Below, one piece after another: positions 28,962 through 38,719 of a stretch of DNA of 64,000 bases. The DNA lies in contig CAWCPR010000019.1 of NCBI GenBank assembly GCA_963797475.1, positions 186,987 through 250,986 of the forward strand, in the 5' to 3' direction. Origin of the DNA: an uncultured Chloroflexia bacterium (GTDB lineage Bacteria > Chloroflexota > Anaerolineae > Anaerolineales > UBA4823). The notes below the pieces were generated by a model. The model saw nothing but the letters and a program-made list of their open reading frames with translations, ran no database searches and was not told the DNA's origin. A program made the translations under genes and the position numbers. Each line of letters starts with the position of its first letter. Position 1 is the stretch's first letter.

Positions 28962-30835
28962 TTACCCGATTCTCCTGAATCGACGGTCTGGAGGCCTACC
29001 AAAGGCAGCCTCACCCGCACCACGGTCCCATCCGTGGGGCAACTAATAATTTGAAAATCTGCGCCGATCAAATCTGCACGCTCGCGCATGCCGCGTAAAC
29101 CATGCTGGGATGGTCCGGTTACATCTTCAGGGGCAAACCCTGCGCCGTTATCGCGTATTTCGAGCCAGAGGTCTGTCTCCACCTCTCGAAAACTGATCCA
29201 AACATGGGTGGCATCTGCGTGTTTTCGCACATTGCTCAAGGCTTCCTGCACGATTCGCATCAATTGGGCGTGTACCTCAGGAGGCAGTTCGGAGCTCAAT
29301 TCCAATGGTTCAAGGACGACGTTCAATTCACTAATTTCCTTGAATTCCTCGATCGTCTGCTCGAGCCATACGCTCAGGTTGTTTCCAGTCGGCCAGATTC
29401 TCAGCCCGTCAATCGCCTGGCGAACATCCAGGTACGCTTCGTTCAAGGTTGAATAACAAAGGTCAATGCTTTTTCGTAAGTGGTCAAACTCACGCCGCTC
29501 AAGATAATTCTGCATTTGTCCCATTGTCAGTTTTAAGAAACCGAGAGTCTGCGCCAGGCCATCGTGGATTTCCCTGGCCAGGCGTGTTCGCTCTTGGATC
29601 ATCGTTTTAAACTCAATATCAGCAACCAGGTTTGCATTTTGAATGATGAGCGCGACCTGTCCAGCCACCGTCTGGAGTACGGCAAGCTGTCTTTGATGTA
29701 AAACCTCCTGGCGCCGGCTTCCAACCAATAAAGCGCCGGCTGGTGGCCCGTCGCCGGATTTCAGAGGCGCCGCCAGGATCGATTTCAAACCCGGTTCAGA
29801 GTCTGTTTGTCCGAACAGATCTCCGAACATGACCGGGGAGCCTGAAGCGACGACCCCCTGCAAAACGCCTTCCAGGAAGGGCAGCGCCTGGTTCGGAAAA
29901 TTTCCTATCGACGTTTTCAAGAACCCGTCGCCCGATTCCTTAAGGATCAGCATGGCGAAATCCGACTCAAGGCTTTGCTGTACTTCTTCCAGCAGGCTGC
30001 TCAATAACCCTTTTATATCGGTTTTTTCCCGTATCACTTGCATTTGGCGCAACGCTGCCAGCTCGCGCTGCCGGAGCCTGGCGCCTTCCAGCGCCATGGA
30101 AGTCTCGTCTATCATCGCTTTTAAGAACTCCCGGGTTTCAGCGTCAATTTGGTCAGGATTTGAAAAGAAAAGATTCAATACCCCAAATTCATGCTCGCCG
30201 CGCCGGAGAGGCAGGCAAAATAATTCAGATGCCTCGGAAAATGGCCCTTTGAATAGTGGGCAACTTGAACTCTCCAGGAGTGTTTCCAAGTTCTCACAAT
30301 TCTTACAGCGATTACGTACAGCCGGAGTTGCCAGATATTCCACCCAATCGCTCATCCCAGGGGCAGGGAGTTCTCCATAACTGAGAGCCGCCAGCGGCTG
30401 CCCGTGTTCATCCAAAGGAACGTAAGAGACGCCCTTTGCTCCAACTAATTCCAGCGATAATTTCAACACCAAATCGATCACTTCATTCTCATCGCTGGCA
30501 TTAACATACTTCTGGCTGATTCGAAATATCGCTCTTAACCGCTTTTGGTCTTCAAGGACCAACCCATCTGCGATTTCAACTCGTTTCTGGAGCTGGTCGC
30601 GCTGCTCGATGAAGAAAATAACGCGGTCTGCAATGATATAAATTAGAACCAATCCCACAAGGGCTAGAGCCCAATAAACAGCCTGGCCTTCTCGGGATAA
30701 ATCTACTACCCATGGGGGTCGCAGGATTTCATGTAGAAGCGCAAACAGCAGGGTAACCGCGAGGATGATCCAGGGCAGCCATCGGAACCGAACAAATTTC
30801 GATATTTTCTGTATGAAAACGCTCACATCGTTCAT
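28958..30835 (-). CDS. membrane sensor histidine kinase with GAF region and HisKA_3/HATPase core
   Basis: H-box LAREIHDGLAQTL (NarX/LiaS type) and two N-terminal TM segments. 4-nt overlap with the response regulator gene. Confidence 0.8.
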   Translation of the reverse strand: MNDVSVFIQKISKFVRFRWLPWIILAVTLLFALLHEILRPPWVVDLSREGQAVYWALALVGLVLIYIIADRVIFFIEQRDQLQKRVEIADGLVLEDQKRLRAIFRISQKYVNASDENEVIDLVLKLSLELVGAKGVSYVPLDEHGQPLAALSYGELPAPGMSDWVEYLATPAVRNRCKNCENLETLLESSSCPLFKGPFSEASELFCLPLRRGEHEFGVLNLFFSNPDQIDAETREFLKAMIDETSMALEGARLRQRELAALRQMQVIREKTDIKGLLSSLLEEVQQSLESDFAMLILKESGDGFLKTSIGNFPNQALPFLEGVLQGVVASGSPVMFGDLFGQTDSEPGLKSILAAPLKSGDGPPAGALLVGSRRQEVLHQRQLAVLQTVAGQVALIIQNANLVADIEFKTMIQERTRLAREIHDGLAQTLGFLKLTMGQMQNYLERREFDHLRKSIDLCYSTLNEAYLDVRQAIDGLRIWPTGNNLSVWLEQTIEEFKEISELNVVLEPLELSSELPPEVHAQLMRIVQEALSNVRKHADATHVWISFREVETDLWLEIRDNGAGFAPEDVTGPSQHGLRGMRERADLIGADFQIISCPTDGTVVRVRLPLVGLQTVDSGESGK

Positions 30836-31126
30836 TTTACCCGAAATCTGGTTGATTGAGAAATTTCCCTCGAATTCGGACCGGGCAAAGTTGGCAGGCT
30901 GATCTTTAACATTCCAGAAAAGCCGGATTAACCCTTTCGTATTTTAATCTGCCCGAAAATCCTCCAGAAGGATGAAAGAAAATCATCCTCGCCGGCTGTA
31001 AAAACTCACCCGCGGGTGGATATACGGACTTTCAAAAAATTAGTATAAATAACATAATCTATTAAGGTTGCATAATTGCTTGATAATAACCACATTTAAG
31101 ATGGTCCAAAAGAGGAGGTACATAAA

Positions 31127-31528
31127 ATGAAGAAGCGCACAATCCTGGTTTTGAGCGTTCTGGCTCTTTTCGTCCTCGGCTTCGTATCCGCATGTGGTCC
31201 GAAAGCCGTGGAGATTTCAACGACGATGAAAGAATTCACATTCGATCCCAATTCATTCACCGTGCCTAAAGGCGCGAAGGTGACTCTAAAACTGAACAAT
31301 ATGGGTGCGTTGCAGCATGAATTCGTGATTATGAATTTAGGTAAGCAGGCAACGATTCCTTTCGATGACGACGATGAGGGAAATATTTATTGGGAGCAAG
31401 AGCTTGACCCCGGTGAAAATATGAGCGTAGAATTCACGGCGCCATCCGATCCGGGAGAGTATCAGGTTGTCTGCGGAACCCCCGGACACCTGGAGCAAGG
31501 CATGATGGCTAAATTGATCGTAAAATAG
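31127..31528 (+). CDS. type-1 (blue) copper protein, plastocyanin/auracyanin-like lipoprotein
   Basis: Lipobox LGFVSAC. Ligand pattern is H (ALQHEF), C-x2-H (VVCGTPGH) and M (GMMAKL). Strong SD GAGGAGG. Confidence 0.8.
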   Translation: MKKRTILVLSVLALFVLGFVSACGPKAVEISTTMKEFTFDPNSFTVPKGAKVTLKLNNMGALQHEFVIMNLGKQATIPFDDDDEGNIYWEQELDPGENMSVEFTAPSDPGEYQVVCGTPGHLEQGMMAKLIVK

Positions 31529-31536
31529 ATCGGTAG

Positions 31537-31983
31537 CTAATTTCCCAGCGTTCGTAAAAAGGTGATGACCTGCCAGATTTGCTCTTTACTCAAAATATTC
31601 CTCCAGGCAGGCATTGCGGAGTGAAATGGCGCCATTTGTCCACCCTCGTTGATTCTCCAAAACAAGTAAGCGTCGCTAAAATTGCCCATACTATCGGCTA
31701 GGTTGGCGGGTTTCGGCTCCAGAGACATGGAAACCGGCCCGTCGCCTTTGCCTTCATCCCCATGACAGGAGGCGCAGTTTGATTTAAAGATTTTTTCACC
31801 TGCGGTTACAGCCTCAGTCTGGCCTGAAAAGGGGTTTGTTTGACCTTCATAATCGGGTGGCGCAGTGGGTACACTGGTCGCAGGGCTGGAAGGCGCTGAT
31901 TGGGATGCGTTCCCACCACAAGCGAACAGAATGAATACACTGGTCACAATAACGACCAGAAATAGAATCCTGGTTTGGGTCAC
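31537..31983 (-). CDS. class I c-type cytochrome (lipoprotein)
   Basis: CASCHG heme-binding motif, distal Met region, lipobox ILFACGG. Confidence 0.8.
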   Translation of the reverse strand: MTQTRILFLVVIVTSVFILFACGGNASQSAPSSPATSVPTAPPDYEGQTNPFSGQTEAVTAGEKIFKSNCASCHGDEGKGDGPVSMSLEPKPANLADSMGNFSDAYLFWRINEGGQMAPFHSAMPAWRNILSKEQIWQVITFLRTLGN

Positions 31984-32007
31984 GATATCCCTCTATATGC
32001 CCAAAAC

Positions 32008-32478
32008 TTATTTCTCTAAACTTTTGAGCTCCTCTAAGATTTCTTCACTGTGGTTAGCAGGTTTAACTTTTTCGAAGACTTTGACGATCTGGCCCTTTTC
32101 GTCAATCAGGAAAGTCGTTCGTAAAACCCCTTCATACGACCTGCCCGCAAGCATCTTTGGCCCCCAGACACCGTATAGATCACACACTTTATGATTAGCG
32201 TCGGCCAACAGCGTAAACGGCAGGTCATATTTGGTTCTAAACCGGGTATGTTTTTCGGAGGTGTCCGGGCTCACTCCCAGAATCTCAACACCGGCCGCCT
32301 CATATTGGCTGTAATCATCGCGAAAGTTGCAAGCTTCAGTTGTACACCCAGGCGTATCATCCTTAGGATAAAAGTATAGAACGACCGGTTTACCCCGGTA
32401 ATCTTTGAGAGAACGCATCTCTCCATTCTCGTCAGGAAGTCTAAAATCAGGAGCAGAAACTCCAGCAGTCAATGTCAT
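32008..32478 (-). CDS. bcp: thioredoxin-dependent peroxiredoxin Bcp
   Basis: VVLYFYPKDDTPGCTTEAC motif. 156 aa. Confidence 0.85.
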   Translation of the reverse strand: MTLTAGVSAPDFRLPDENGEMRSLKDYRGKPVVLYFYPKDDTPGCTTEACNFRDDYSQYEAAGVEILGVSPDTSEKHTRFRTKYDLPFTLLADANHKVCDLYGVWGPKMLAGRSYEGVLRTTFLIDEKGQIVKVFEKVKPANHSEEILEELKSLEK

Positions 32479-32494
32479 ATTTCTTTTCCCGCCT

Positions 32495-32863
32495 CTATTT
32501 TATCAGGTTCGTCTTACGCAAAACTGCTTCTACCGCCGGGAACCCCGCCGGTTTTACAATCACCAATAACGCTCCGGTTTTTCGGGCCTTTATCGCCGTC
32601 TCAGGCTGGTCATCGGATGTGATGAATACGACCGGGATTTCGGCTAACTGAGGCAGGCGTCTCAAGTAAGCCATCACTTCGAAACCATCCACACCGGGCA
32701 TATTAATGTCTAAAAAGACAATGTCCGGAACAGTCTGGCTCAAGGCGAGCATGGCATTCCTGGGCCCGTATGCCGGGCTTGCTTTCACCCCAAGAAACTC
32801 GAGCATCCGGCAAAGACCGTCTGCTGTAAGTCGATTGTCGTCAATAACGAGCGCAGATGGCAT
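32495..32863 (-). CDS. single-domain CheY-like response regulator
   Basis: ALVIDDN...DIVFLDINMPGVDGFE...K. 122 aa with no output domain. Confidence 0.8.
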   Translation of the reverse strand: MPSALVIDDNRLTADGLCRMLEFLGVKASPAYGPRNAMLALSQTVPDIVFLDINMPGVDGFEVMAYLRRLPQLAEIPVVFITSDDQPETAIKARKTGALLVIVKPAGFPAVEAVLRKTNLIK

Positions 32864-32884
32864 AGCTTGGCGAAGAATACTAGC

Positions 32885-34882
32885 TTAATCGATGTTGGCA
32901 ACAATTTGTCCCATCTGTGCGATATCGTATCCGGGCATAGCTGCAACTGCCTGGCGGAATCCCGGATCAGCCAGAACTTCCAGGAGCGGCTCAAGCAGAC
33001 TGCTGGAATAATATTCCTCCGGGATCACGAGATCATAGCGTTCCTGGAACAATGGAACGAAATCCAGATCCAACGCTTGAGCGGCTGCGGCTATACCCAG
33101 CCCGCAGTCGGCCCGAAAAGATGCCACCGCAGCAGCAACCGCCAGATGGGTGTATTCTTCTTGAGTGTAACCTTGTATTCTTTCCGCTGCAATCCCCAAA
33201 AGGTCCAGGTGGTAATCCAATAACACGCGCGTGCCGGCGCCCCGTTGGCGATTCATGTAAGTCACGTCTGGACGGGCCAGATCGTTCAATGTTCGAATGT
33301 TTTTAGGGTTATTTTTCAACACCAGCAAACCTTGCTGCCTGCCCGCGAGAGTCACTAATTTGATCTTTGCCCCGGGTAAATATTGGCGGATATAACTCAA
33401 GTTATATTCCCCACTGGATGGATCCAACAGGTGAGAACCGGCCAGGTGGGCTTCGCCGCGCTGCAATGCAACCAACCCTCCCAGGCTGCCAACGTTTGCC
33501 GAAGCAAGCCGCCTCCCCCGGCTCACTAAATATTGAGCAAGAATATCCAGGGTCATATCGTGCGAACCAATCGCAAATATGGTATGCTCAAGGTCGGATA
33601 GGGGACGATACAGGCGCACATCGACCGGCGCTCCCGCCGGGAGACCTTGAGAACCGCGCGGTAATATTGCGATACCATCCGCACGAACTAACGAGGTGAG
33701 CACACCCGAACCGCGTGACAATGGGGCTGCCAATAATTTACCGCCCACCCGTCCTACAGCCACACGCAAGTAATCTTCATCTCCTGGCGGCGAAGTCACT
33801 TTCCGTGTCAGGGTTGCCTGGATCTTTACGGGTTCTGCCGGGGGGCGACCCAACCAGCGCGACAGCAATGGCTCCACGAAAATCTCTCCTGTTAAGGCAG
33901 CAGAGACTGGATAGCCAGGCACCCCAATAATTGGGACTCGTCCGGATTTCCCGGAACCTTCATCCGGATTTGAAACCATTCCCAGGATTACCGGGTGACC
34001 CGGTCGCACGGCAATACCATGAACGAGCAGCTCGCCCAGCGATTCGACGATCCTTGATGAATAATCTTCGGATCCGGCTGAAGACCCTGCATTAAGCAGG
34101 ATCAAGTCGAAACTGCGGGCAGCTTCTCTAACTTTTTGACGAATTTGTTCCAGGTCATCCACGGTAATCGGGAACCTTCTGGCTTCACCGCCCCAGCCAT
34201 TCACTTGCGCAGCCAGGACCACGGAGTTAAATTCAATAATATCGCCTTCTTTTACAGACGATCCGATCGGAACTAATTCCGTCCCGGTCGGCAGTATCGC
34301 TACCTTTGGGCGGCGCGCCACCCGAACGCTTCGGTGCCCACAGGCTGCGATCGCCCCCAGGTCTACAGGCCGGAGCACGTGAGCAGCAGGAAGTACGAGT
34401 TGAGTAGCCACCATGTCCTCGCCTAAGGGTCGAATGTGACTCCAGGGAGGCAGCGCTGCCCGGATACGAATACGCTCGGGTTTGCGGGGATCAGGAGCGA
34501 TTTGACCATCAGAATCCAGAGATTCTACGTTTTCAATTGGGATGACCGCATTTGCCCATCTCGGTACCGGATCGCCCGTATCGACGTACATCGCCTGAAC
34601 GGGTCCTTTGCTGGAAAGGCAGTTCAACAAGACTGGCGAAGTTAACATAGCGCCTTTTGTCTCGCCAGCATCCACAGCGAAGCCGTCCATCGCCGCCGAA
34701 TGGTAATGAGGGGATGAGATTTTTGCCCATACCGGTTCGGCTAACACGCGACCCAGGCAGCTTTCATCCAGACGCGCCTCTTCCACACCCAGTAAACCCC
34801 ACCGACCGGCAGATTTCAGGGCCTCTTCAAAACGAGCCCATGCATCAGAAAGCGGTATGTCGTGAAGATAAATTTTACTCAT
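32885..34882 (-). CDS. MoeA-like molybdopterin molybdotransferase fused to a C-terminal periplasmic-binding-protein-like domain
   Basis: The N-terminal ~410 aa is MoeA-like (PLGED..., DLILLNAGSSAGSEDY, GVPGYPVSA). The C-terminal ~250 aa (IGSHDMTLD...GEAHLAGSHLLD...NRQRGAGTR) is PBP-like. Confidence 0.8.
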   Translation of the reverse strand: MSKIYLHDIPLSDAWARFEEALKSAGRWGLLGVEEARLDESCLGRVLAEPVWAKISSPHYHSAAMDGFAVDAGETKGAMLTSPVLLNCLSSKGPVQAMYVDTGDPVPRWANAVIPIENVESLDSDGQIAPDPRKPERIRIRAALPPWSHIRPLGEDMVATQLVLPAAHVLRPVDLGAIAACGHRSVRVARRPKVAILPTGTELVPIGSSVKEGDIIEFNSVVLAAQVNGWGGEARRFPITVDDLEQIRQKVREAARSFDLILLNAGSSAGSEDYSSRIVESLGELLVHGIAVRPGHPVILGMVSNPDEGSGKSGRVPIIGVPGYPVSAALTGEIFVEPLLSRWLGRPPAEPVKIQATLTRKVTSPPGDEDYLRVAVGRVGGKLLAAPLSRGSGVLTSLVRADGIAILPRGSQGLPAGAPVDVRLYRPLSDLEHTIFAIGSHDMTLDILAQYLVSRGRRLASANVGSLGGLVALQRGEAHLAGSHLLDPSSGEYNLSYIRQYLPGAKIKLVTLAGRQQGLLVLKNNPKNIRTLNDLARPDVTYMNRQRGAGTRVLLDYHLDLLGIAAERIQGYTQEEYTHLAVAAAVASFRADCGLGIAAAAQALDLDFVPLFQERYDLVIPEEYYSSSLLEPLLEVLADPGFRQAVAAMPGYDIAQMGQIVANID

Positions 34883-34913
34883 TGCATTTTAGAATCAGGG
34901 AACTCCACTCGTA

Positions 34914-35900
34914 TCATTGGTAAGATGGGTCAGAATCGTCCGGCAAATTCTCTAAGTCCCGCCAGGGTAATAGGCTGGCGAAAGTACTCAGATCGAAATC
35001 TCCCTGAATTTCAATACGGCTTAAATAATACCTCGTTTCCGGTACGTGGCGAAAGAAGCCACCCAGACCTACCGCGTTCTGATAGCCATCCCGAACCAGT
35101 TGTGTGGCATAAGGCGTCGTCATTCCATAGGGAAATGAAAAGGTTTCAATCTGGACATCCAGCAAATTCTCTAAGGTTTCTTTAGAGCCTGAAATTTCAG
35201 CAGACAGGTCCACCTGCTCCTGGCGTAAATCTACATGCGAATTGGTATGGCTGCCGATTTCCCAACCAGCATCCAACATCTCTTTCAACTGCTTGACGTG
35301 CAGGAATCCCCCAATTTCCAATTGATTAACAATAATATAAGAAACACCCACGAGCCCATAATTCTCCATGACTGGTAAGGCATTGTCATAGACGTCCATA
35401 TAGCCATCATCGAAGGTAAGAATCACGGGGCGCGGAGGCAGTTCTACGCCTTCTTCAACCGCTTGCACCAGCCGCGATAGAGGGATGGATGTATACCCCC
35501 AGGCCCGCAAGGTTTTTATTTGCTTCTGAAAATTCGCGACAGATACAAAATATCGGGAAGGGGGATCGACGTCCGCAATATGGTGAAAAAGCAAAATAGG
35601 CACAATAGCTTCGCCGGCAGAATTCCAGACCCAGGTTGGCGTTGCGGTGGGCGTTGCAGTAGATATAGGTGTTTTGGTGAGTAATGGGCTCGGTGTAATC
35701 TTAAGATCCAGCGAAAAAAGATTCCCCGGAGGCGTGGCTGTTGCAGCCATGGGAATGGAAAGGGGCTGTTGGGTTTCAAAAGCCGTTACACCATCTCCCG
35801 CCGCTGACACCTTTACACCCATGGGAAAACCCGTCACACGCGCTGAGGTTACCAGGGCGAGGATCAGGATCTGCAAGATCACTCTGATAATGCGCTTCAT
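34914..35900 (-). CDS. secreted polysaccharide deacetylase (NodB homology domain)
   Basis: Signal peptide present. LTFDDGYMDVYDNALP and GSHTNSHVDL motifs. Confidence 0.75.
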   Translation of the reverse strand: MKRIIRVILQILILALVTSARVTGFPMGVKVSAAGDGVTAFETQQPLSIPMAATATPPGNLFSLDLKITPSPLLTKTPISTATPTATPTWVWNSAGEAIVPILLFHHIADVDPPSRYFVSVANFQKQIKTLRAWGYTSIPLSRLVQAVEEGVELPPRPVILTFDDGYMDVYDNALPVMENYGLVGVSYIIVNQLEIGGFLHVKQLKEMLDAGWEIGSHTNSHVDLRQEQVDLSAEISGSKETLENLLDVQIETFSFPYGMTTPYATQLVRDGYQNAVGLGGFFRHVPETRYYLSRIEIQGDFDLSTFASLLPWRDLENLPDDSDPSYQ

Positions 35901-35909
35901 CGAATTGGA

Positions 35910-37190
35910 TCAAAGGAGGAAAACGTCGACTTTCTCGCCAGCCTCCAACCCGTTTGCGTCGGGTGGGATACGGATCAAGCCATCCGCTTTAGCCAGGGTG
36001 AAAATTAGATTGCTTTTGCCAAAAACAGGCTCGGCCAGGTATTCAGGTGATTCTCCTTGACCAGAAGGCGCTAACCGGACAGCAACCCAGTCCTCCCGAC
36101 CAGCCTGAGAGGGCAGATTAAGCGTCAGTTTCGCTCCGACGCTTGATTTTGGCAGGGCGTGGAAACAACCTTGTAAGGTTTCCACTATAGGTCCCACAAA
36201 CAATGAGGCAATCACCAGGGCGCTCACCGGATTTCCAGGCAAACCGATTACCGGTTTTCCATTACAAACAGCCAGAATCGTCGGTTTCCCGGGTCTTACA
36301 TTCACGCCATGAACCAAAACACCGGGTTTTCCCAGGCGATTAATCACTTGAGATGTTAAGTCTCGTACGCTGGCAGATGAGCCCGCTGTGATCACGACTA
36401 AATCGCATTCTTCGAGAGCGATTTGGGCAGCAGATTGTAATGCATTGAAGTTATCCGGGATAATTCCATATCGTACAGGTATCCCTCCGGCCTGTAGCAC
36501 CAATGCGCTTAACGTAAAGGCATTTACGTCTCGTACCTTCCCAGGGCCAAGTTCGGCTTCTGGAGGCACGACTTCATCACCGCTAGATAAGATTCCTACG
36601 CTCGGGCGTTTTCCTACAGAAATTTGGGTGATCCCTAAAGCCATTAACCCCCCGATCTCTGCCGGCCGTAAGCGTACGCCAGCAGGGATCACATTTTCGC
36701 CGGCGGCGACATCCTCGCCTACATTCAATACGTTTTCTCCGAAAGCTACTGCCCGCAATACCTCGATTTCTTTTGCGTTCACCAATTGTGTGTATTCGAT
36801 CATTACTACCGCATCTGATCCTTCTGGGAGCATACCACCGGTGTGGATCAAAGCACATTGGGCATTGGCAATGGAAAATCCAGGAGCAGCGCCCATGGGT
36901 ACTTCACCAATAAGGGATAAGTAAGCCGGCAGTGATTCGCTTGACCCAAAGGTATCCGCGGCTCGGACAGCATAGCCATCTACAGTCGTACGGGGAAAGG
37001 TTGGCAACGGATGAGGGGCAAGAACGTCCTGGACGACTACACGACCTAACGCCTGGGCGGTTTTAACGACTTCTACCACCGGTTGGGGATGGAGATTGTC
37101 GAATAAAAGCTTTAAGGCGTCAGCCGGCGGCAGTAATTCTAAAAATTCTGGCATCCTTAGCCCTGTATTTACTTGAATCAGCATCGGCAA
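35910..37190 (-). CDS. moeA: molybdopterin molybdotransferase MoeA (stand-alone paralog); start uncertain (TTG 37190, ATG 37184 or 37154)
   Basis: GEDV..G, DLVVITAGSSASVRD, GLPGNPVSA. About 415-426 aa. Confidence 0.85.
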   Translation of the reverse strand: MPMLIQVNTGLRMPEFLELLPPADALKLLFDNLHPQPVVEVVKTAQALGRVVVQDVLAPHPLPTFPRTTVDGYAVRAADTFGSSESLPAYLSLIGEVPMGAAPGFSIANAQCALIHTGGMLPEGSDAVVMIEYTQLVNAKEIEVLRAVAFGENVLNVGEDVAAGENVIPAGVRLRPAEIGGLMALGITQISVGKRPSVGILSSGDEVVPPEAELGPGKVRDVNAFTLSALVLQAGGIPVRYGIIPDNFNALQSAAQIALEECDLVVITAGSSASVRDLTSQVINRLGKPGVLVHGVNVRPGKPTILAVCNGKPVIGLPGNPVSALVIASLFVGPIVETLQGCFHALPKSSVGAKLTLNLPSQAGREDWVAVRLAPSGQGESPEYLAEPVFGKSNLIFTLAKADGLIRIPPDANGLEAGEKVDVFLL

Positions 37191-37198
37191 TGATCAAT

Positions 37199-38125
37199 TT
37201 AATGAGTCCAAAATGTAAAGGCAATAAGATACGACATTGCCCCAAACAGCACGACGCTGCTCAACGTGACGGCAGTCCAATTCGGCTTCAAACCGGCTGC
37301 GATCCGGCGCATTTGCCATATTTGCAGCAGGCCGAACGGTAACGGCAGCAACGCAGGCAGAATGACGAATGAGGGCATGCCGAAAAGGGTCGCCAGCCCG
37401 ACCAACAAAAATGCTGTCAAAACGAGGATATTGTGTAAACTCATCCCCGCCTGCCAGCCCAAGCGCACCAAAAGTGTCTTTTTCTCATATTTAAGATCGG
37501 TGGCATAATCCGGAAGCTCAAAAGTCAAGAGCATCGCCAGGTTTATTGCAAACAGCGGGAAGGTGCTCATCGCCACAAGACGGTGCAATTCACCAGTTTG
37601 CAAGACGAACGCGTACGCCGGGACTAAAAAAGAGACCAGGAAGGCTGTGATCATTTCCCCGTAACCAGAGCTCTCCAATTGAAGCGGGGGAGTCGAGTAA
37701 AAGAAAGCCCCAAAAAACGCCACCACCATGATCAATATTGCTTGAGGGGAAAGGCGGGTCTGGGCGATCATCAGCACAGTCAATGAGGCCAGGACAGCCA
37801 GGCACCCGAGGGCGGCCATCAGGGCGACGCGTCTTGGCAGCTTCCCAGGGCCGATCGCGCCGCTGCCACCGGAAAATGGCGTCCTGTGCGGGTTATTCAT
37901 ATCTGCAGGCGCATTGTAATATTCATTTAAATAATGCGTACTTAATTGAAGTAATGTCACCCAGGCTTGACCCAGGAAATACAATCCCCAATCGATTGAG
38001 TTTCCCAGATAATGGGCGATTCCAACCCCCAAGGCGTAAAGCAGCGCCGCTCCCACCAGGAACAATGGACGCGACAATATTATGAACAGGCGTAATGGAT
38101 TTTGCAACGGTTCCTGTTGGTTCAC
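37199..38125 (-). CDS. UbiA-family prenyltransferase-like membrane protein
   Basis: Eight or nine predicted TM helices. It has a degenerate first Asp-rich motif region (LNEYYNAPADMNN) and family-typical length. Confidence 0.65.
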   Translation of the reverse strand: MNQQEPLQNPLRLFIILSRPLFLVGAALLYALGVGIAHYLGNSIDWGLYFLGQAWVTLLQLSTHYLNEYYNAPADMNNPHRTPFSGGSGAIGPGKLPRRVALMAALGCLAVLASLTVLMIAQTRLSPQAILIMVVAFFGAFFYSTPPLQLESSGYGEMITAFLVSFLVPAYAFVLQTGELHRLVAMSTFPLFAINLAMLLTFELPDYATDLKYEKKTLLVRLGWQAGMSLHNILVLTAFLLVGLATLFGMPSFVILPALLPLPFGLLQIWQMRRIAAGLKPNWTAVTLSSVVLFGAMSYLIAFTFWTH

Positions 38126-38155
38126 AAAGCCACCTAAACATCCGTGAAATTCGTA

Positions 38156-38665
38156 TCAGGCTTTCCTTAGCTCTTTTCGCATGTCGCGCATGTGGATCTG
38201 GTTGTGACGGTAGATCAATTTAATGATATCCTCCAATGGAGAAACTCCCAGGTAGGGATGCCGGCCGATTTTTTCAAGGTCACTGGCTTGCATTCCGGCC
38301 ACTAAATTAGCAGATTGTAGCCGTAAAGACTGGAAGTCATTCAGCAGAGTCTCCACTGAAACGTCACGTAACCCAGCCACTTTTTTCTCGTTATATTCGT
38401 CGATCCGGAAATCTTCCGGAGCCCCAGGACCTCCTTCCAGAATATTATCGATTAATCGCCTGAAAGAATCTTCAGCCGCTACCAAGTGCGCTAAAATCTG
38501 GCGGGCAGCCCAATGGGTTCCTTCGCTGTAGATTGGAACATCCATATCGTCAAAATCCAGGGCTCGAAAGAACGCCAATGTTCGTTCGCCTTCGTTGAGT
38601 AATTTTTCTGATAAACGCTCTGGGGTCTCGCCCATATTGCTCCATTCAGGGTGAATCTCTTTCAT
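38156..38665 (-). CDS. DinB-superfamily protein
   Basis: 169 aa. Four-helix-bundle His pattern (HLVAAEDSF..., IYRHNQIHMRD). Confidence 0.6.
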   Translation of the reverse strand: MKEIHPEWSNMGETPERLSEKLLNEGERTLAFFRALDFDDMDVPIYSEGTHWAARQILAHLVAAEDSFRRLIDNILEGGPGAPEDFRIDEYNEKKVAGLRDVSVETLLNDFQSLRLQSANLVAGMQASDLEKIGRHPYLGVSPLEDIIKLIYRHNQIHMRDMRKELRKA

Positions 38666-38719
38666 CTACCCCGGGATTCTGATTTAGGCCCGCAATGTGC
38701 GCCAAGCGTCCCCAACACG

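Noticed and set aside
30950-30985. Perfect 7-bp hairpin AGGATGA-N7-TCATCCT in the divergent HK/cupredoxin intergenic region.
   Set aside because: It could be a regulator site. There is no flanking T-tract, no second copy, and no way to link it to the NarL-type regulator from sequence alone.
31064-31079. GG-N10-GC match (AGGTTGCATAATTGCT) about 48 nt upstream of the cupredoxin gene.
   Set aside because: Only the GG and TTGC are present, and the rest of the -24 element (GGTTG vs GGCAC) is poor. It is too weak to call without a scored scan.
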